A DNA stretch of 64,000 nucleotides from Candidatus Poseidoniia archaeon (GCA_030754655.1 JASLZX010000001.1:14400-78399), one strand, 5' to 3'; positions 18,956 through 28,831 are shown, numbered from the stretch's first letter. Program-made: numbers and translations. The notes: generated by a model not told the origin, from the sequence alone.

Positions 18956-19947
18956 TGCAGGTTTTCGCGCACGGCGGTATCTGCGTCTCCGACGGCAAGG
19001 GGGCGGTCTACCTTGACCCGTCACGCGGCCGCCCCGACGGAGTGGTAACGCACGCGCACTCCGACCACCTGCGACCGCGGACGCACATGACACCGGCGAC
19101 AGCCGAAGTGATGCACGCGCGCACCGGCAGCCGCAAGGCGCAGCTGCACGGCTACCGCGAGCCGTTCACCGTACGCGGTATCGAGGTTGAATTCTACGAC
19201 GCCGGCCACGTCATCGGCAGCGCAATGGTCGCGGTCGACGGCGGACGCGTGCTCTACACCGGCGACTTCAACCCGTATGGCACCATCACCGCCGGACGCG
19301 CCGAGCCGCAACGGTGCGAGACGCTGGTAATCGAGGCGACTTACGGCAAGCCGGAGCAAGTGCTGCCGCCGCGCCAGCGCGTACTGCGCGACCTACAGGG
19401 GTGGATGCTGACGGTCGCGGCCAACGGCGGCGGCATCGTGGGGGCATACACACTCGGCAAGGCGCAGGAGGTCGTCGCGGCCGCCAACGCCGCCGGACTG
19501 CGCCCCGCGGTCTCTGACGAGGTGGGCGAGGTGTGCGACATCTACGTCGCGTACGACGTGCCGCTGGAATACGACCGCTTCGCGGCGCTCTCGCCCGAGC
19601 AGCGCGCCGCGCCGGGGATGCTCGTGACGTCATCGACCGCAACCAGCGGCCGCCGCCCCGACGCGGTCGTGCTCGAGCTGCGGCAGCGCGGCGCGCACAC
19701 TGCGCGCGTTTCCGGCTGGTGCGCTTTCGCGCCGTGGGCGCTGCGCGGCGTCGACGCGGGGTTCCCGATGAGCGACCACGCCGACTTCACCGGGCTGCTC
19801 AACTTCGTCGAGGCGTGCGCGCCGCAGCAGGTCTACACAGTCCATGGCGCGCAGAGCGAGCTGGCGCGCGAAATCCGTAAACGGCTGGGAATACCTGCAC
19901 AAGCACTCCCCGACCGGGGGGAAACGACGCTGGAGGAATTTACGTGA
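18955..19947 (+). CDS. Metallo-beta-lactamase/beta-CASP-type nuclease
   Basis: THAHSDH, AGHVIGS, YTGD, IEATYG, SDHAD, VHG motifs; ATG at 18955 overlaps the upstream stop. Confidence 0.88.
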   Translation: MQVFAHGGICVSDGKGAVYLDPSRGRPDGVVTHAHSDHLRPRTHMTPATAEVMHARTGSRKAQLHGYREPFTVRGIEVEFYDAGHVIGSAMVAVDGGRVLYTGDFNPYGTITAGRAEPQRCETLVIEATYGKPEQVLPPRQRVLRDLQGWMLTVAANGGGIVGAYTLGKAQEVVAAANAAGLRPAVSDEVGEVCDIYVAYDVPLEYDRFAALSPEQRAAPGMLVTSSTATSGRRPDAVVLELRQRGAHTARVSGWCAFAPWALRGVDAGFPMSDHADFTGLLNFVEACAPQQVYTVHGAQSELAREIRKRLGIPAQALPDRGETTLEEFT

Positions 19948-20594
19948 CTCCAGGAAAACTTGTACTGGTGCGTCACGGGCTCTCAACCTACAACGACCAG
20001 AACCGGTTCACCGGCTGGAAGGACGTGCCGCTCAACGCGCAGGGCGTCGCCGAAGCGGAGCAGGCGGTGCCGCTGCTGCGCGGGATGGAGTTCGGCATCG
20101 CGTTCACGTCACTGCTAGTGCGCGCGCAGCACACGCTCGACATCATGCTCGCCGGCCTCGGGCAAGAGGACATCCCAGTCGAGCGCGACCTAGCGCTCAA
20201 CGAACGCAACTACGGCGACCTTATCGGGCAGGACAAGGCCGAGGCAGCCGAGCGCTTCGGAGCGGAGCAGGTGCACCAGTGGCGCCGTAGCTTCGACGTC
20301 GCACCCCCGGGCGGCGAGTCGCTGGCGGACACCACCGACCGCGCGATTCCCTACCTGCACGACCACATCCTGCCGGAGGTCAGGGCCGGCCGCAACGTGT
20401 TGGTGAGCGCGCACGGCAACTCGATTCGCGCCATTGTGATGCAGCTGCTTGACTACAGCCCGGCGCAAATCCTGCAGACCGAAATCGGCTGGTGCGAGCC
20501 GTGGGTCTTCAGCTTTGGCAACGATGGGGTGGTGGTGGACCTGCAGGTCATCCCACGCCCCGGTGTCGAAAGCATGAGCCGGCTACCGCAGTAG
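19944..20594 (+). CDS. gpmA: 2,3-bisphosphoglycerate-dependent phosphoglycerate mutase
   Basis: LVLVRHG, NRFTGWKD, LNERNYG, WRRS, PPGGESL, SAHGNSIR. Confidence 0.93.
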   Translation: MTPGKLVLVRHGLSTYNDQNRFTGWKDVPLNAQGVAEAEQAVPLLRGMEFGIAFTSLLVRAQHTLDIMLAGLGQEDIPVERDLALNERNYGDLIGQDKAEAAERFGAEQVHQWRRSFDVAPPGGESLADTTDRAIPYLHDHILPEVRAGRNVLVSAHGNSIRAIVMQLLDYSPAQILQTEIGWCEPWVFSFGNDGVVVDLQVIPRPGVESMSRLPQ

Positions 20595-20625
20595 CGGGTC
20601 GCAGCAGGCTACCGACGGGCGCGAC

Positions 20626-20907
20626 TCAGTCGCGCGACTCTGACCAACCCTTGATCTCCTTCAAATTGCCGCGCGTCGGGCGCAACTTCAGTTCGCGGCC
20701 CCATTCGTCCTTCAGGACAACGTAGTCCTTGCGCGGGACGAAGCGCGCCGAGACGAAGTAGCCGGACTCTGACTTGAACTGGATTTCCAGCACCTCGCCT
20801 TCATCCTCGGCGTCACTCCAGGTCAGCGGATAGCCAAGCCCTTCGTAATGGCTGGAAATCGCGTCCATGAATTTCTGGACCGAGCTCTTGGAGACTGCTT
20901 CACTCAT
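20626..20907 (-). CDS. Hypothetical protein (93 aa)
   Basis: Protein-like composition, host codon usage, TATA-like TTAAAA ~30 nt upstream. Confidence 0.65.
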   Translation of the reverse strand: MSEAVSKSSVQKFMDAISSHYEGLGYPLTWSDAEDEGEVLEIQFKSESGYFVSARFVPRKDYVVLKDEWGRELKLRPTRGNLKEIKGWSESRD

Positions 20908-20992
20908 GACGACTGCTAACGCGCACGCAGACTGCGAGTTTTAATGGTTGCGCGGGAGCGCTTCTATAACCAGCGCCTGCTCGACGGCAGGC

Positions 20993-21068
20993 AGCCCCGT
21001 GGTGTAGCGGTCCAGCATGCAGGCCTTTGGAGCCTGTGACCCAGGTTCGAATCCTGGCGGGGCTACCA
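20993..21068 (+). tRNA. tRNA-Gln (TTG), CCA encoded
   Basis: AGCCCCG...CAGGC-CT-TTG-GA-GCCTG...GGTTCGAATCC...CGGGGCTACCA; A1:U72 typical of archaeal tRNA-Gln. Confidence 0.95.
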
Positions 21069-21138
21069 TTTACGGGCAAAGACGACTGAACCAGCCTTGC
21101 TCGCGAAAATTCTATAGCGCACCCCCTCTTCAAAATCC

Positions 21139-21258
21139 GTGAAGGCTGCCGCTGTCGCACTATTGCTTGCCCTGCTGCTGGTGCTCGTCATCGCTGTAGT
21201 GGTCGCCGGGGTGGCGGTGCTGGCGCGCTGGCGGCAGAGGCGTCAGGCCAGCCCGTAG
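21139..21258 (+). CDS. Small membrane protein candidate (39 aa, MKAAAVALLLALLLVLVIAVVVAGVAVLARWRQRRQASP)
   Basis: GTG 21139 to TAG 21258; long hydrophobic run plus basic tail; BRE/TATA-like CGAAAATTCTATAG ~25 nt upstream; below the ORF-track size cutoff. Confidence 0.5.
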   Translation: MKAAAVALLLALLLVLVIAVVVAGVAVLARWRQRRQASP

Positions 21259-22733
21259 AGCGCCCCGAACTTCCCCTTCAGGTAGCGCACGAAAGCCTCT
21301 GCACCGGGCTCCACGCCGCTGGCGCGCTGCATCAGCTCCTCTGGCTCCCAGCGACTGCCATACACGTGGATGTGGCTGCGCATCCATTCCAGCAGCGACG
21401 CGGTTTTCCCGACGGCAATCTGCTGCGGCAAGTCAGGCAGGTCACGCAGCGTCGCTTCCCACAACTGCGCCGCGTAGAGATTTCCGAGGGTGTAGGTCGG
21501 GAAATAGCCGATAGCGCCCATGCTCCAGTGGATGTCCTGCAGGACGCCCTGCGTATCGTTCGGCGGGGTTATGCCGAGGTATTTCTCCATGCGCGAGTTC
21601 CAGAACTGCGGTAGGTCGCCTACCGGGACTTCGCCGTTGACCAGCGCCTTTTCGACTTCGTAGCGCAGCATGATGTGCAGATTGTACGTGGCTTCATCCG
21701 CCTCGACGCGAATCAGCGACGGGTGGACGCGGTTCGCCGCCCGGTGGATTGTGTCGAGGTCAAGGTCGCCGACGTGGGGGAACGTCTCGCGGAAATCGGG
21801 CAGCCAGTGTTCCCAGAACTCGCGGCTGCGGCCAACCAGGTTCTCCCACAGCCGCGACTGCGACTCGTGCACTCCGAGCGACACAGCCTTGCCAAGCGGG
21901 GTGCCCTCGTGCTCCGCAAGCAGCCCCTGCTCGTAGAGCCCGTGGCCGGTCTCGTGCATCACGCCGTAGAGGCAGCCGAAGGGGGATGACTCGTCGTAGC
22001 GTGTCGTGAACCGCACGTCGCGCGGGCCAGCGCCGGAGCAGAAGGGGTGCGTCGACGTATCCATGCGCCCCGCATCGAAGTCGAACCCAATGGCAGCGGC
22101 GACGCGCAGCGAGAACTCGCGCTGCCCCGCCTCGGGGAACGGCCCGCGTTCCATGAACGACATGTCGGGCTGGTCGCAGCGGCCGATGGCCTTCACCAGC
22201 GGGACGATTTCCTCGCGCAGCCCGGCAAAGAGCGGGTCGAGCTGCGCGACCGTCATCCCCGGCTCGTAGTTGTCGAGCATCGCGTCGTAGATGTTGTCAT
22301 CGTAGCCGTAGTGCTCTGCCGCCCGGCATTGCAGCTCGACCATCTTCTCGAGCGCCGGCTGGAACTTCGCGAAGTCGTCCTCCGCGCGCGCCTCCTGCCA
22401 TACCTGCAGCGCCAGCGACTTGTGCCGCGCGATTTCCTCGACCAGCTCGGCCGGCAGCTTCGTCGCCTTTTCCCACGCATGGCGCACCTCGCGCACGTTG
22501 GCCTCCTGTCCCTCATCGAGGTTGGCGCCCTCGAGCTTCACAAGCAGCTCGCCCATCGCCGGGTCGACCAACCGCGAATGCGCCAGCCCCGACAGGAACG
22601 CCAGCGACTCGGCACGCAGCTTCCCGCCCTTCGGCGGCATCATGGTTTCCTGGTCCCAGCCGAGCAGCCCGCCGATGCTCTCGATAGTCGAGAGCTCCTC
22701 CACGCGAGCGATGAAATCGTCGTAGTCCGACAT
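21243..22733 (-). CDS. Carboxypeptidase Taq (M32 family)
   Basis: WDQETMMP, HPF, HETGHGLYEQ (HExxH), HESQSRLWEN, IRVEADE, QDIHW, GYFPTY. Confidence 0.95.
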   Translation of the reverse strand: MSDYDDFIARVEELSTIESIGGLLGWDQETMMPPKGGKLRAESLAFLSGLAHSRLVDPAMGELLVKLEGANLDEGQEANVREVRHAWEKATKLPAELVEEIARHKSLALQVWQEARAEDDFAKFQPALEKMVELQCRAAEHYGYDDNIYDAMLDNYEPGMTVAQLDPLFAGLREEIVPLVKAIGRCDQPDMSFMERGPFPEAGQREFSLRVAAAIGFDFDAGRMDTSTHPFCSGAGPRDVRFTTRYDESSPFGCLYGVMHETGHGLYEQGLLAEHEGTPLGKAVSLGVHESQSRLWENLVGRSREFWEHWLPDFRETFPHVGDLDLDTIHRAANRVHPSLIRVEADEATYNLHIMLRYEVEKALVNGEVPVGDLPQFWNSRMEKYLGITPPNDTQGVLQDIHWSMGAIGYFPTYTLGNLYAAQLWEATLRDLPDLPQQIAVGKTASLLEWMRSHIHVYGSRWEPEELMQRASGVEPGAEAFVRYLKGKFGALYGLA

Positions 22734-22807
22734 GTTCCCGCTATTGGCCCGGAGATAAAGGGTTTGACGCGGGAAACCGTATTTGCGCCCGCGGCTAGTG
22801 GGGCGCG

Positions 22808-24247
22808 ATGCGGCAGTTGATTTTGCTGGCTACGCTATTGCTCTGGCTGGCGCCAGCCACGGCGGGCGAGCCGCCCGAACAGGTGCATCTGGCGACGAAT
22901 GCCCTAGGCGACGGAATGGTTGTGCAGTGGGGCACCGCTGAAGCCACGACGCTGCTCTGCACCTCGTCCAGCGACATCGAATACGGCCTCGGACCGGACA
23001 GCCTCAACCAGACCGCGTCGGGTTCGTGGGAGATGTATGACTGGACCACCTGTATCCATACCGTCGAGCTGGCTGGCCTCGCTCCCAACAACACCTACCA
23101 CTACCGCGTCGGCGGCGACGGCGAATGGAGCGACGTCGCCAGCTTCGTGACCGTGCCGCAGGGCAGCCGCCCGGTGCGTATCGGCGCCATCGCTGACCAT
23201 GGCATTTCCTCTGATGCCGAAGCGACAACGCAGAAAATGCGCGCCGCGAGCCTGGACCTGGTCATCCACGCCGGCGACATATCATACGCTAACGACGTCG
23301 GCTCGGGGGGCGTAGCGGACCAGTCCCTCTGGGATGACTACCAGAACCAGATCCAGCCGCTGGCGGCAACGGTGCCGCACATGTATGCTCCCGGCAACCA
23401 CGAGGATGAGGCCTACTACGAGTTCGACGCGTATGAAACGCGGTTCTACACGTCAGGGTCGAACCCGTTCTGGTACAGCTTCAGTTTCGAGGGGATCCAC
23501 TTTATATCCCTGTCGTCGGAGCACGACTACGGGCCCGGCAGCCAGCAGTACAACTGGCTGGAGAGCGAACTCCAAGAGGTGGACCGCCAAGCGACGCCGT
23601 GGCTGGTGGTGTTCGCGCACCGGCCGATGTACAGCTCCAACTCGGCACACGGCAGTGAAGTCGATTTCCGTGACGCGATGGAGGAGCTGCTCTACGATTA
23701 CGGCGTCGACCTCGCCGTCTGGGGGCACGACCACAGCTACGAACGCAGCTACCCCGTCTTCCAGGAAGAACCTCTCTCAAATTCTACTTCCAGCGCGACG
23801 GAACCGTACCGCAACCCCGGCGCACCCATCCATGTCGTCGTCGGCACCGGTGGCCGCTCGCTCTACGACGAGTTCGACGAACCACAGCCCGCTTGGTCCG
23901 CCTACCGCGAGGCATCCTACGGTTACTCGGTCTTCGAAGTTACCCCGCAAGGCGAGCTGCACTTCAGCTTCATCCGCAACTCCGACGGCGCGGTCGCCGA
24001 CCAGTTCTGGATTTCGAAGGCGTCGTCGCCCGGTCCGGGCAGCGGCGACGGGAACGGCGACAACATGACCGACCCCGACGGCAACGCCAGTGACTCAAAG
24101 GCGGGATGGCAGCAGAAACTCGAGGAGCTGCCCGGCCCCGGCCTGCCGGTCGCGCTCAGCGCGATGGCAATCGCCGCACGGCGACGGCGCCGACTACTCG
24201 AGCCCGTTGCTGGTCAGCAGGAAATCGGCGACGCCTTCGGGCAGTGA
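22808..24247 (+). CDS. Secreted purple acid phosphatase-type metallophosphoesterase
   Basis: Signal peptide; FN3-like PEQVHL/YHYRVG domain; DHG, GDISYA, GNHE, FAHRP, GHDH motifs; C-terminal LPGPG-hydrophobic-RRRRR sorting-like signal. Confidence 0.9.
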   Translation: MRQLILLATLLLWLAPATAGEPPEQVHLATNALGDGMVVQWGTAEATTLLCTSSSDIEYGLGPDSLNQTASGSWEMYDWTTCIHTVELAGLAPNNTYHYRVGGDGEWSDVASFVTVPQGSRPVRIGAIADHGISSDAEATTQKMRAASLDLVIHAGDISYANDVGSGGVADQSLWDDYQNQIQPLAATVPHMYAPGNHEDEAYYEFDAYETRFYTSGSNPFWYSFSFEGIHFISLSSEHDYGPGSQQYNWLESELQEVDRQATPWLVVFAHRPMYSSNSAHGSEVDFRDAMEELLYDYGVDLAVWGHDHSYERSYPVFQEEPLSNSTSSATEPYRNPGAPIHVVVGTGGRSLYDEFDEPQPAWSAYREASYGYSVFEVTPQGELHFSFIRNSDGAVADQFWISKASSPGPGSGDGNGDNMTDPDGNASDSKAGWQQKLEELPGPGLPVALSAMAIAARRRRRLLEPVAGQQEIGDAFGQ

Positions 24248-24832
24248 GCGGTGCTTCTTGAGGCGCGCGTGCCGCAGCCCGGGCGCGTGCGCCTTTTCCA
24301 GGTGGAGCAGCGTCTTGGCCATGTGGACCAGCGACTTGCCGTAGTAGGGGCCGACTTCACCATCGCGCTCGTAAACCTGCCCTGTCAACAGGATGGGGAG
24401 ATCATGCCGCGTCGCAAGGTTGTACAGACCAATCATCATGCGCGTGAAGACCCGCTCGCACTTCTCCTTGTCAATCGCATACTCCAGCCGCGCGTATGCG
24501 TTTACGGTATCGATGATAAGCAGCGCCGGCGGATTATCCCGGCCTTTGAGCAGCTCGAGCAGTTCAGCCTGGTCGACCGGCACCGCGATGGATAGACCGT
24601 CAGGCGCTTCGCCGCCACACACCTGCTCCAGCCGTTCTGCCGAGAGCCCTTCGGTGTCGATGAACAGTACCGACTTGCCACCGCTAGCGAGCACTTCACG
24701 CGACAATTGCAGCGCTAGACTGGTCTTGCCACTCCCCGGCTCGCCGTAGACCAGCGTCAGCGCGCCCGCTTCGACCCCGCCGCCGAGCAGTTCATCAATG
24801 CTGGGGCACCCGGTCGGCAGTCGCGCGAGCAT
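24194..24832 (-). CDS. radB: DNA repair protein RadB
   Basis: LPTGCPSIDELLGGG, GEPGSGKT Walker A, IDTEG, C-terminal KHR motif characteristic of RadB. Confidence 0.9.
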   Translation of the reverse strand: MLARLPTGCPSIDELLGGGVEAGALTLVYGEPGSGKTSLALQLSREVLASGGKSVLFIDTEGLSAERLEQVCGGEAPDGLSIAVPVDQAELLELLKGRDNPPALLIIDTVNAYARLEYAIDKEKCERVFTRMMIGLYNLATRHDLPILLTGQVYERDGEVGPYYGKSLVHMAKTLLHLEKAHAPGLRHARLKKHRSLPEGVADFLLTSNGLE

Positions 24833-24906
24833 GCCGGGGCAGTCGCTGGCGCGGTTATGAGGGCTAGGCTGGTGCGGAAAGAGCTACAAGAGCAGGGATT
24901 CGAAGC

Positions 24907-27900
24907 CTAGCGACGACGGAAAACCGCTAGAAGGCCGAGCATCGCCATCGCACTCAGCAGGCTGAATCCGGGCAACAATCCACCCTCTTCTTCCAGTTGC
25001 TCGAGCAGCTCGATGGGTATGGTCGCCTGCTGGCAGTCTTCACCACCGTCATCATCGGTCGCGCAGACCGTGACGGTGTAGGTGTCAGACTTGCTGTAGG
25101 TGTGGGTCACGGTCCCGCCCTCGTAGGTGGTTCCGTCACCCATGTTCCAGGTGATAGTGACCTCGTCGTCACCGGGGTCGGTCGCCTCTATTGTGATGGT
25201 GACATCCTCGCCCTGCCTGACCGCCGGTGGTAACTGTAGGTTGGTCAGCGATGGCGCGACGTTGGCGATGTCGAGGTAGACCTTTTCGCTGGTAACACCA
25301 CCATCTTCGTCGGAGGCGATGACCTCGACCACGAAGGTGCCGTCGTCAGTAAAGGTGTGCGTCACCGCCAGGCCATTCGCAGTCTGTCCGTCGCCGAAGT
25401 CCCACGTCACGCTGACGGTGTCATCGGTGACGTCGCTCGTGACAGCGCTGAACGCGAACGAGTCGCCCTCGTCGCCGCTGGTCGCCGACGCGGAGACCTG
25501 CAGGGTCGGTGCGCGGTTGCTGATGCTGATGTTGAATGTCTCGGTCGTCTCGCCACCATCCTCGTCGGAGGCGGTGACTGTTACGGTGTAGGTGCCGTCA
25601 TCGGTCCAAGCGTAGGTCACCTCATCGCCGCTGCCAGTCTCACCGTCGCCGAAATCCCACGTCACGCTGACGGTGTCGGCCTCGACGTCGCTCGTGTCAG
25701 CCTCGAAAGTGCACGCCTGCGCCTCCTGGCCGGAGCTGGCTCCATCGACCGAGAGCGTCGGCGCAACGTTGGTGACGGAGACGGTCGCGCTTTCGCTGTC
25801 CTCCTCCTCACCGTCGCTCACCGTGACCGTCACGGTGTAGTCGCCGTCGTCAGCCCAGGTGTGCTTGACGTTCTCGCCACTGGCAGTCTCGCCGTCGCCG
25901 AAGTCCCAACTGTAGGTCAGGTTGTCGTCATCGTCATCGTGCGCGTCAACGCTGAGCGAAACCTCTGCACCCTCATCGCCATCAGCGACGTTGAGCGCAT
26001 CAATAACGGGGGCCGCGTTCTGTTCCGCCTCAGTTAGCTCGACGCCGTAGATCCAGAAGTTGTCTTCTTCGTGTCCGTATTCCTGGTCGTACAAATAAAC
26101 ATTGAAATCATAGGTGCCCTCGTAATAGGTCCAGTCCTGCCCGAACCAGTCTTCTTCTTCGTTGTAAATGGTATGATCGTCGTAGAGAGAATCAACGTAG
26201 TCACCGGTCTCGTTGTCGAAGACGTCGATGTAGACCTCGATGTCGACATAGCAGTCACAGCTGGTATCGGGGTCGTAGCTGATTTCGATTCTGGCATCTT
26301 CGGTTTCGTAGTCCCACTCGTCGAACCACTCATCCTCGTCACCAGTACCGCCGCCGCCTTCACTGAGGGATACGTTATAGATCCAGAACCAGTCCTCCAA
26401 GTTGTAATCCTCGTCGTAGAGTGAGACGTTGAAGTCGTAGGTCCCGTTCTCGTCGGCAGTCCAGTCCTGCGCGAAGTCGTCGCTCTCCTCGTCGTAAATC
26501 GTGTGCTCGGCATAGGTCCAGTCAACGTAGTCACTGGTCTCGTTATCGTAGACGTCGACGTAGACCGTGATGTCGACTTCGCAATCACAGGTGGTATCGG
26601 GGTCATAGCCTATCGTGATAGTGTCTGAAGGATCAACATCGTAGTCCCAGTAGTAGAACCACTCGTCCTCGTCTCCAGTGCCGTTACCGCCGCCGCCTTC
26701 ACTGAGGGATACGTCGTAAATCCAGAACCAGTCTTCTAGGTTGCCGTTCTCATCCTCGTAGAGTGAGACGTTGAAATCGTAGGTGCCGTCCTCCTCGGCG
26801 GTCCAGTCCTGTTCGAACCAATCGACCTCCCCGTCGTAAATCGTGTGGTTGGTGCCGTCCTCGTCCCAGTAAACCAAGTCGCCGGTCTCGTTATCGTAGA
26901 CGTCGACGTAGACTGTGATGCTGATGTTGCAGTCACAGGTGGTGTCGGGGTCGTAGCCGATTACGATTGTGTCGTCCTCGCCATCGCCATTGTCATCTTC
27001 GGTGTCGTAATCCCAGTCGTAGAACCACTCATCCTCGTCTCCAGTGCCGTTACCGCCACCGCTGCCGGAGGTGAGGGATACGTTGTAAATCCAGAAATCG
27101 TCCTCCTGGTTCCAGTCCTCGTCGTACATGTCGACCCAGAAGTCGTAGGTGCCGTCCTCGCTGGCAGTCCAGTTCTGCTCGAACCAGTCACCCTCCCCGT
27201 CGTAAATCGTGTGCTCGGCGTCGATTCCGTCAACCCACTCGCCGGTCTCGTTATCGTAGACGTCGACGTAGACCGTGATGTTGACGTAGCAGTCACAGGT
27301 GGTGTCGGGGTCGTAGCCGATTATGATTGTGTCGTCCTCGTCATCCTCATTGGTGTCCTCGGTAGAGTAATCCCAGTCGTAGAACCACTCGTCCTCGTCA
27401 CCTTGGCCACCGCCACCGCCACCGCCGTTGGTGAGGTAGACATTGTCGATTTCGAACTCGTCCTCGTAGTTGTCGTCTTCATCCCATAGACTTACCTGGA
27501 AATCGTAGCTGCCGTTTTCGGTAGCAGTCCAGTTCAGCTTGAACCAGTCGTCGGCAGTGCCGTTGATTGTGTATTCACCATAGGTGTAGTCAATCCAGTC
27601 ACCTGTATCGTTCTCGTAAACATCTACGTAAACTTCGACATCGACCTCGCAATCACACTCGGTCTCGGGATCGAAGTAAATGTTGATGGTGTCATCCTGG
27701 TCGTCCTCGTTGGTGTCCTCGGTAGAGTAATCCCATTCCGCAAACCATTCATCGGTGTTGTTATCGGTGCTGCCGTAGGAATAGAAACTGCCATTCTGTA
27801 GCAGGTCTCCATCCTGCTCCTTGTAGATGTAGTGGGTGTAGTTGCCCTGTTCCAAGTCGTACGAGACAAAGAAATTGTAGTCGCCAAAGCTTTCGTCATC

Positions 27901-28773
27901 GGTGGTGCCGTCGTCGACCAGGTTCTCGTCCTCGTCGTAGATTTCGACATAGCCGTCATCCCTGCTGCCGTTACCTTCTGGAATCAGGACCACGAAGTCG
28001 TCATAATCACCAACTCCATCCCAGTCATCAATCACGCCGATGTGCCCCGTCGTATAGGTCTGGTCGACGACGGCGTAACCGCCTTCGTTGGTGAGGTCTT
28101 CCCCGCCAAATGAGGCAGCCCACATGTAGTCGCCACTCGTGACGTTGTTCAGGTTCAGTTCTCCCGCGTCATCCGTGGTACCGTTGTCATAGAAGTCCCA
28201 CTGCCCGAGCAGGTTCTTCTTCCAGACCGTGATGTTGACGGCTTCTATGTCATCGTTCTTGGTGTGCGCCCAGAAGTCGAAATCATTCATCAGGGTATCC
28301 TCATCATCATTGGTGACTGCGTTATCGACGTTGATGGTCTCGTCCGTTGAACCCGTCATTGCCCATAGCTCAACATCGTACCAGTCCGCGTAGTCCTCTA
28401 GGTAACCCTCGTCGTCGTAGAGCGTGATGTTGAAGTCAAAAGTGCCATTGTAGTCGGGGGTCCAGTCCTCTTCGAACCAGTCGCCCTCGCCATTGTTGAT
28501 TGTGTACTCAAAGCTGCCGGAATCCACCTCGTCACCGGTTTCGCTGTCGTACACTGTGATGTAGACGTAGATATCAACATCACATTCACAGGTGGTATCG
28601 GGGTCGTAGCCGATCGTGGCGGTGTCGTTGTAGCCGTCACCATCCTCGTCGGTGGTGTCGCCTGTTATATCCCAGAACCACTCGTCGTAGTCGCCGCCCG
28701 CAGTCACGGTAGGTACGGAGCTTAGCAGGAATGCAGCCAGGATAGCCCAAGCTACCCTTTTGTTACTGAACAT
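24907..28773 (-). CDS. Large acidic surface protein: six CxC-containing repeats, four PKD domains, PGF-CTERM-type anchor
   Basis: Signal peptide from ATG 28773; repeated DEWF..WDY..YDPDTTCDC units; WDFGDG PKD motifs; LLPGF-hydrophobic-RRR C terminus. Confidence 0.88.
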   Translation of the reverse strand: MFSNKRVAWAILAAFLLSSVPTVTAGGDYDEWFWDITGDTTDEDGDGYNDTATIGYDPDTTCECDVDIYVYITVYDSETGDEVDSGSFEYTINNGEGDWFEEDWTPDYNGTFDFNITLYDDEGYLEDYADWYDVELWAMTGSTDETINVDNAVTNDDEDTLMNDFDFWAHTKNDDIEAVNITVWKKNLLGQWDFYDNGTTDDAGELNLNNVTSGDYMWAASFGGEDLTNEGGYAVVDQTYTTGHIGVIDDWDGVGDYDDFVVLIPEGNGSRDDGYVEIYDEDENLVDDGTTDDESFGDYNFFVSYDLEQGNYTHYIYKEQDGDLLQNGSFYSYGSTDNNTDEWFAEWDYSTEDTNEDDQDDTINIYFDPETECDCEVDVEVYVDVYENDTGDWIDYTYGEYTINGTADDWFKLNWTATENGSYDFQVSLWDEDDNYEDEFEIDNVYLTNGGGGGGGQGDEDEWFYDWDYSTEDTNEDDEDDTIIIGYDPDTTCDCYVNITVYVDVYDNETGEWVDGIDAEHTIYDGEGDWFEQNWTASEDGTYDFWVDMYDEDWNQEDDFWIYNVSLTSGSGGGNGTGDEDEWFYDWDYDTEDDNGDGEDDTIVIGYDPDTTCDCNISITVYVDVYDNETGDLVYWDEDGTNHTIYDGEVDWFEQDWTAEEDGTYDFNVSLYEDENGNLEDWFWIYDVSLSEGGGGNGTGDEDEWFYYWDYDVDPSDTITIGYDPDTTCDCEVDITVYVDVYDNETSDYVDWTYAEHTIYDEESDDFAQDWTADENGTYDFNVSLYDEDYNLEDWFWIYNVSLSEGGGGTGDEDEWFDEWDYETEDARIEISYDPDTSCDCYVDIEVYIDVFDNETGDYVDSLYDDHTIYNEEEDWFGQDWTYYEGTYDFNVYLYDQEYGHEEDNFWIYGVELTEAEQNAAPVIDALNVADGDEGAEVSLSVDAHDDDDDNLTYSWDFGDGETASGENVKHTWADDGDYTVTVTVSDGEEEDSESATVSVTNVAPTLSVDGASSGQEAQACTFEADTSDVEADTVSVTWDFGDGETGSGDEVTYAWTDDGTYTVTVTASDEDGGETTETFNISISNRAPTLQVSASATSGDEGDSFAFSAVTSDVTDDTVSVTWDFGDGQTANGLAVTHTFTDDGTFVVEVIASDEDGGVTSEKVYLDIANVAPSLTNLQLPPAVRQGEDVTITIEATDPGDDEVTITWNMGDGTTYEGGTVTHTYSKSDTYTVTVCATDDDGGEDCQQATIPIELLEQLEEEGGLLPGFSLLSAMAMLGLLAVFRRR
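26030..27760 (-). repeat. Tandem intragenic ~330-360-bp repeats (five adjacent copies; a sixth near 28360-28690)
   Basis: Recurrent DNA such as GGTCTCGTTATCGTAGACGTCGACGTAGAC and CAGTCACAGGTGGTGTCGGGGTCGTAGCCGATT inside the surface-protein gene. Confidence 0.85.
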
Positions 28774-28831
28774 GAGTTGCCTCGGCGGCCACTGCCCTAG
28801 CTGCATACTTAAAACTGTTCAACTCCGTATT

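Noticed and set aside
26030-27760. DNA repeats as a possible CRISPR array
   Set aside because: The period is ~330-360 bp, in frame within a protein gene, with no unique spacers and no cas genes.
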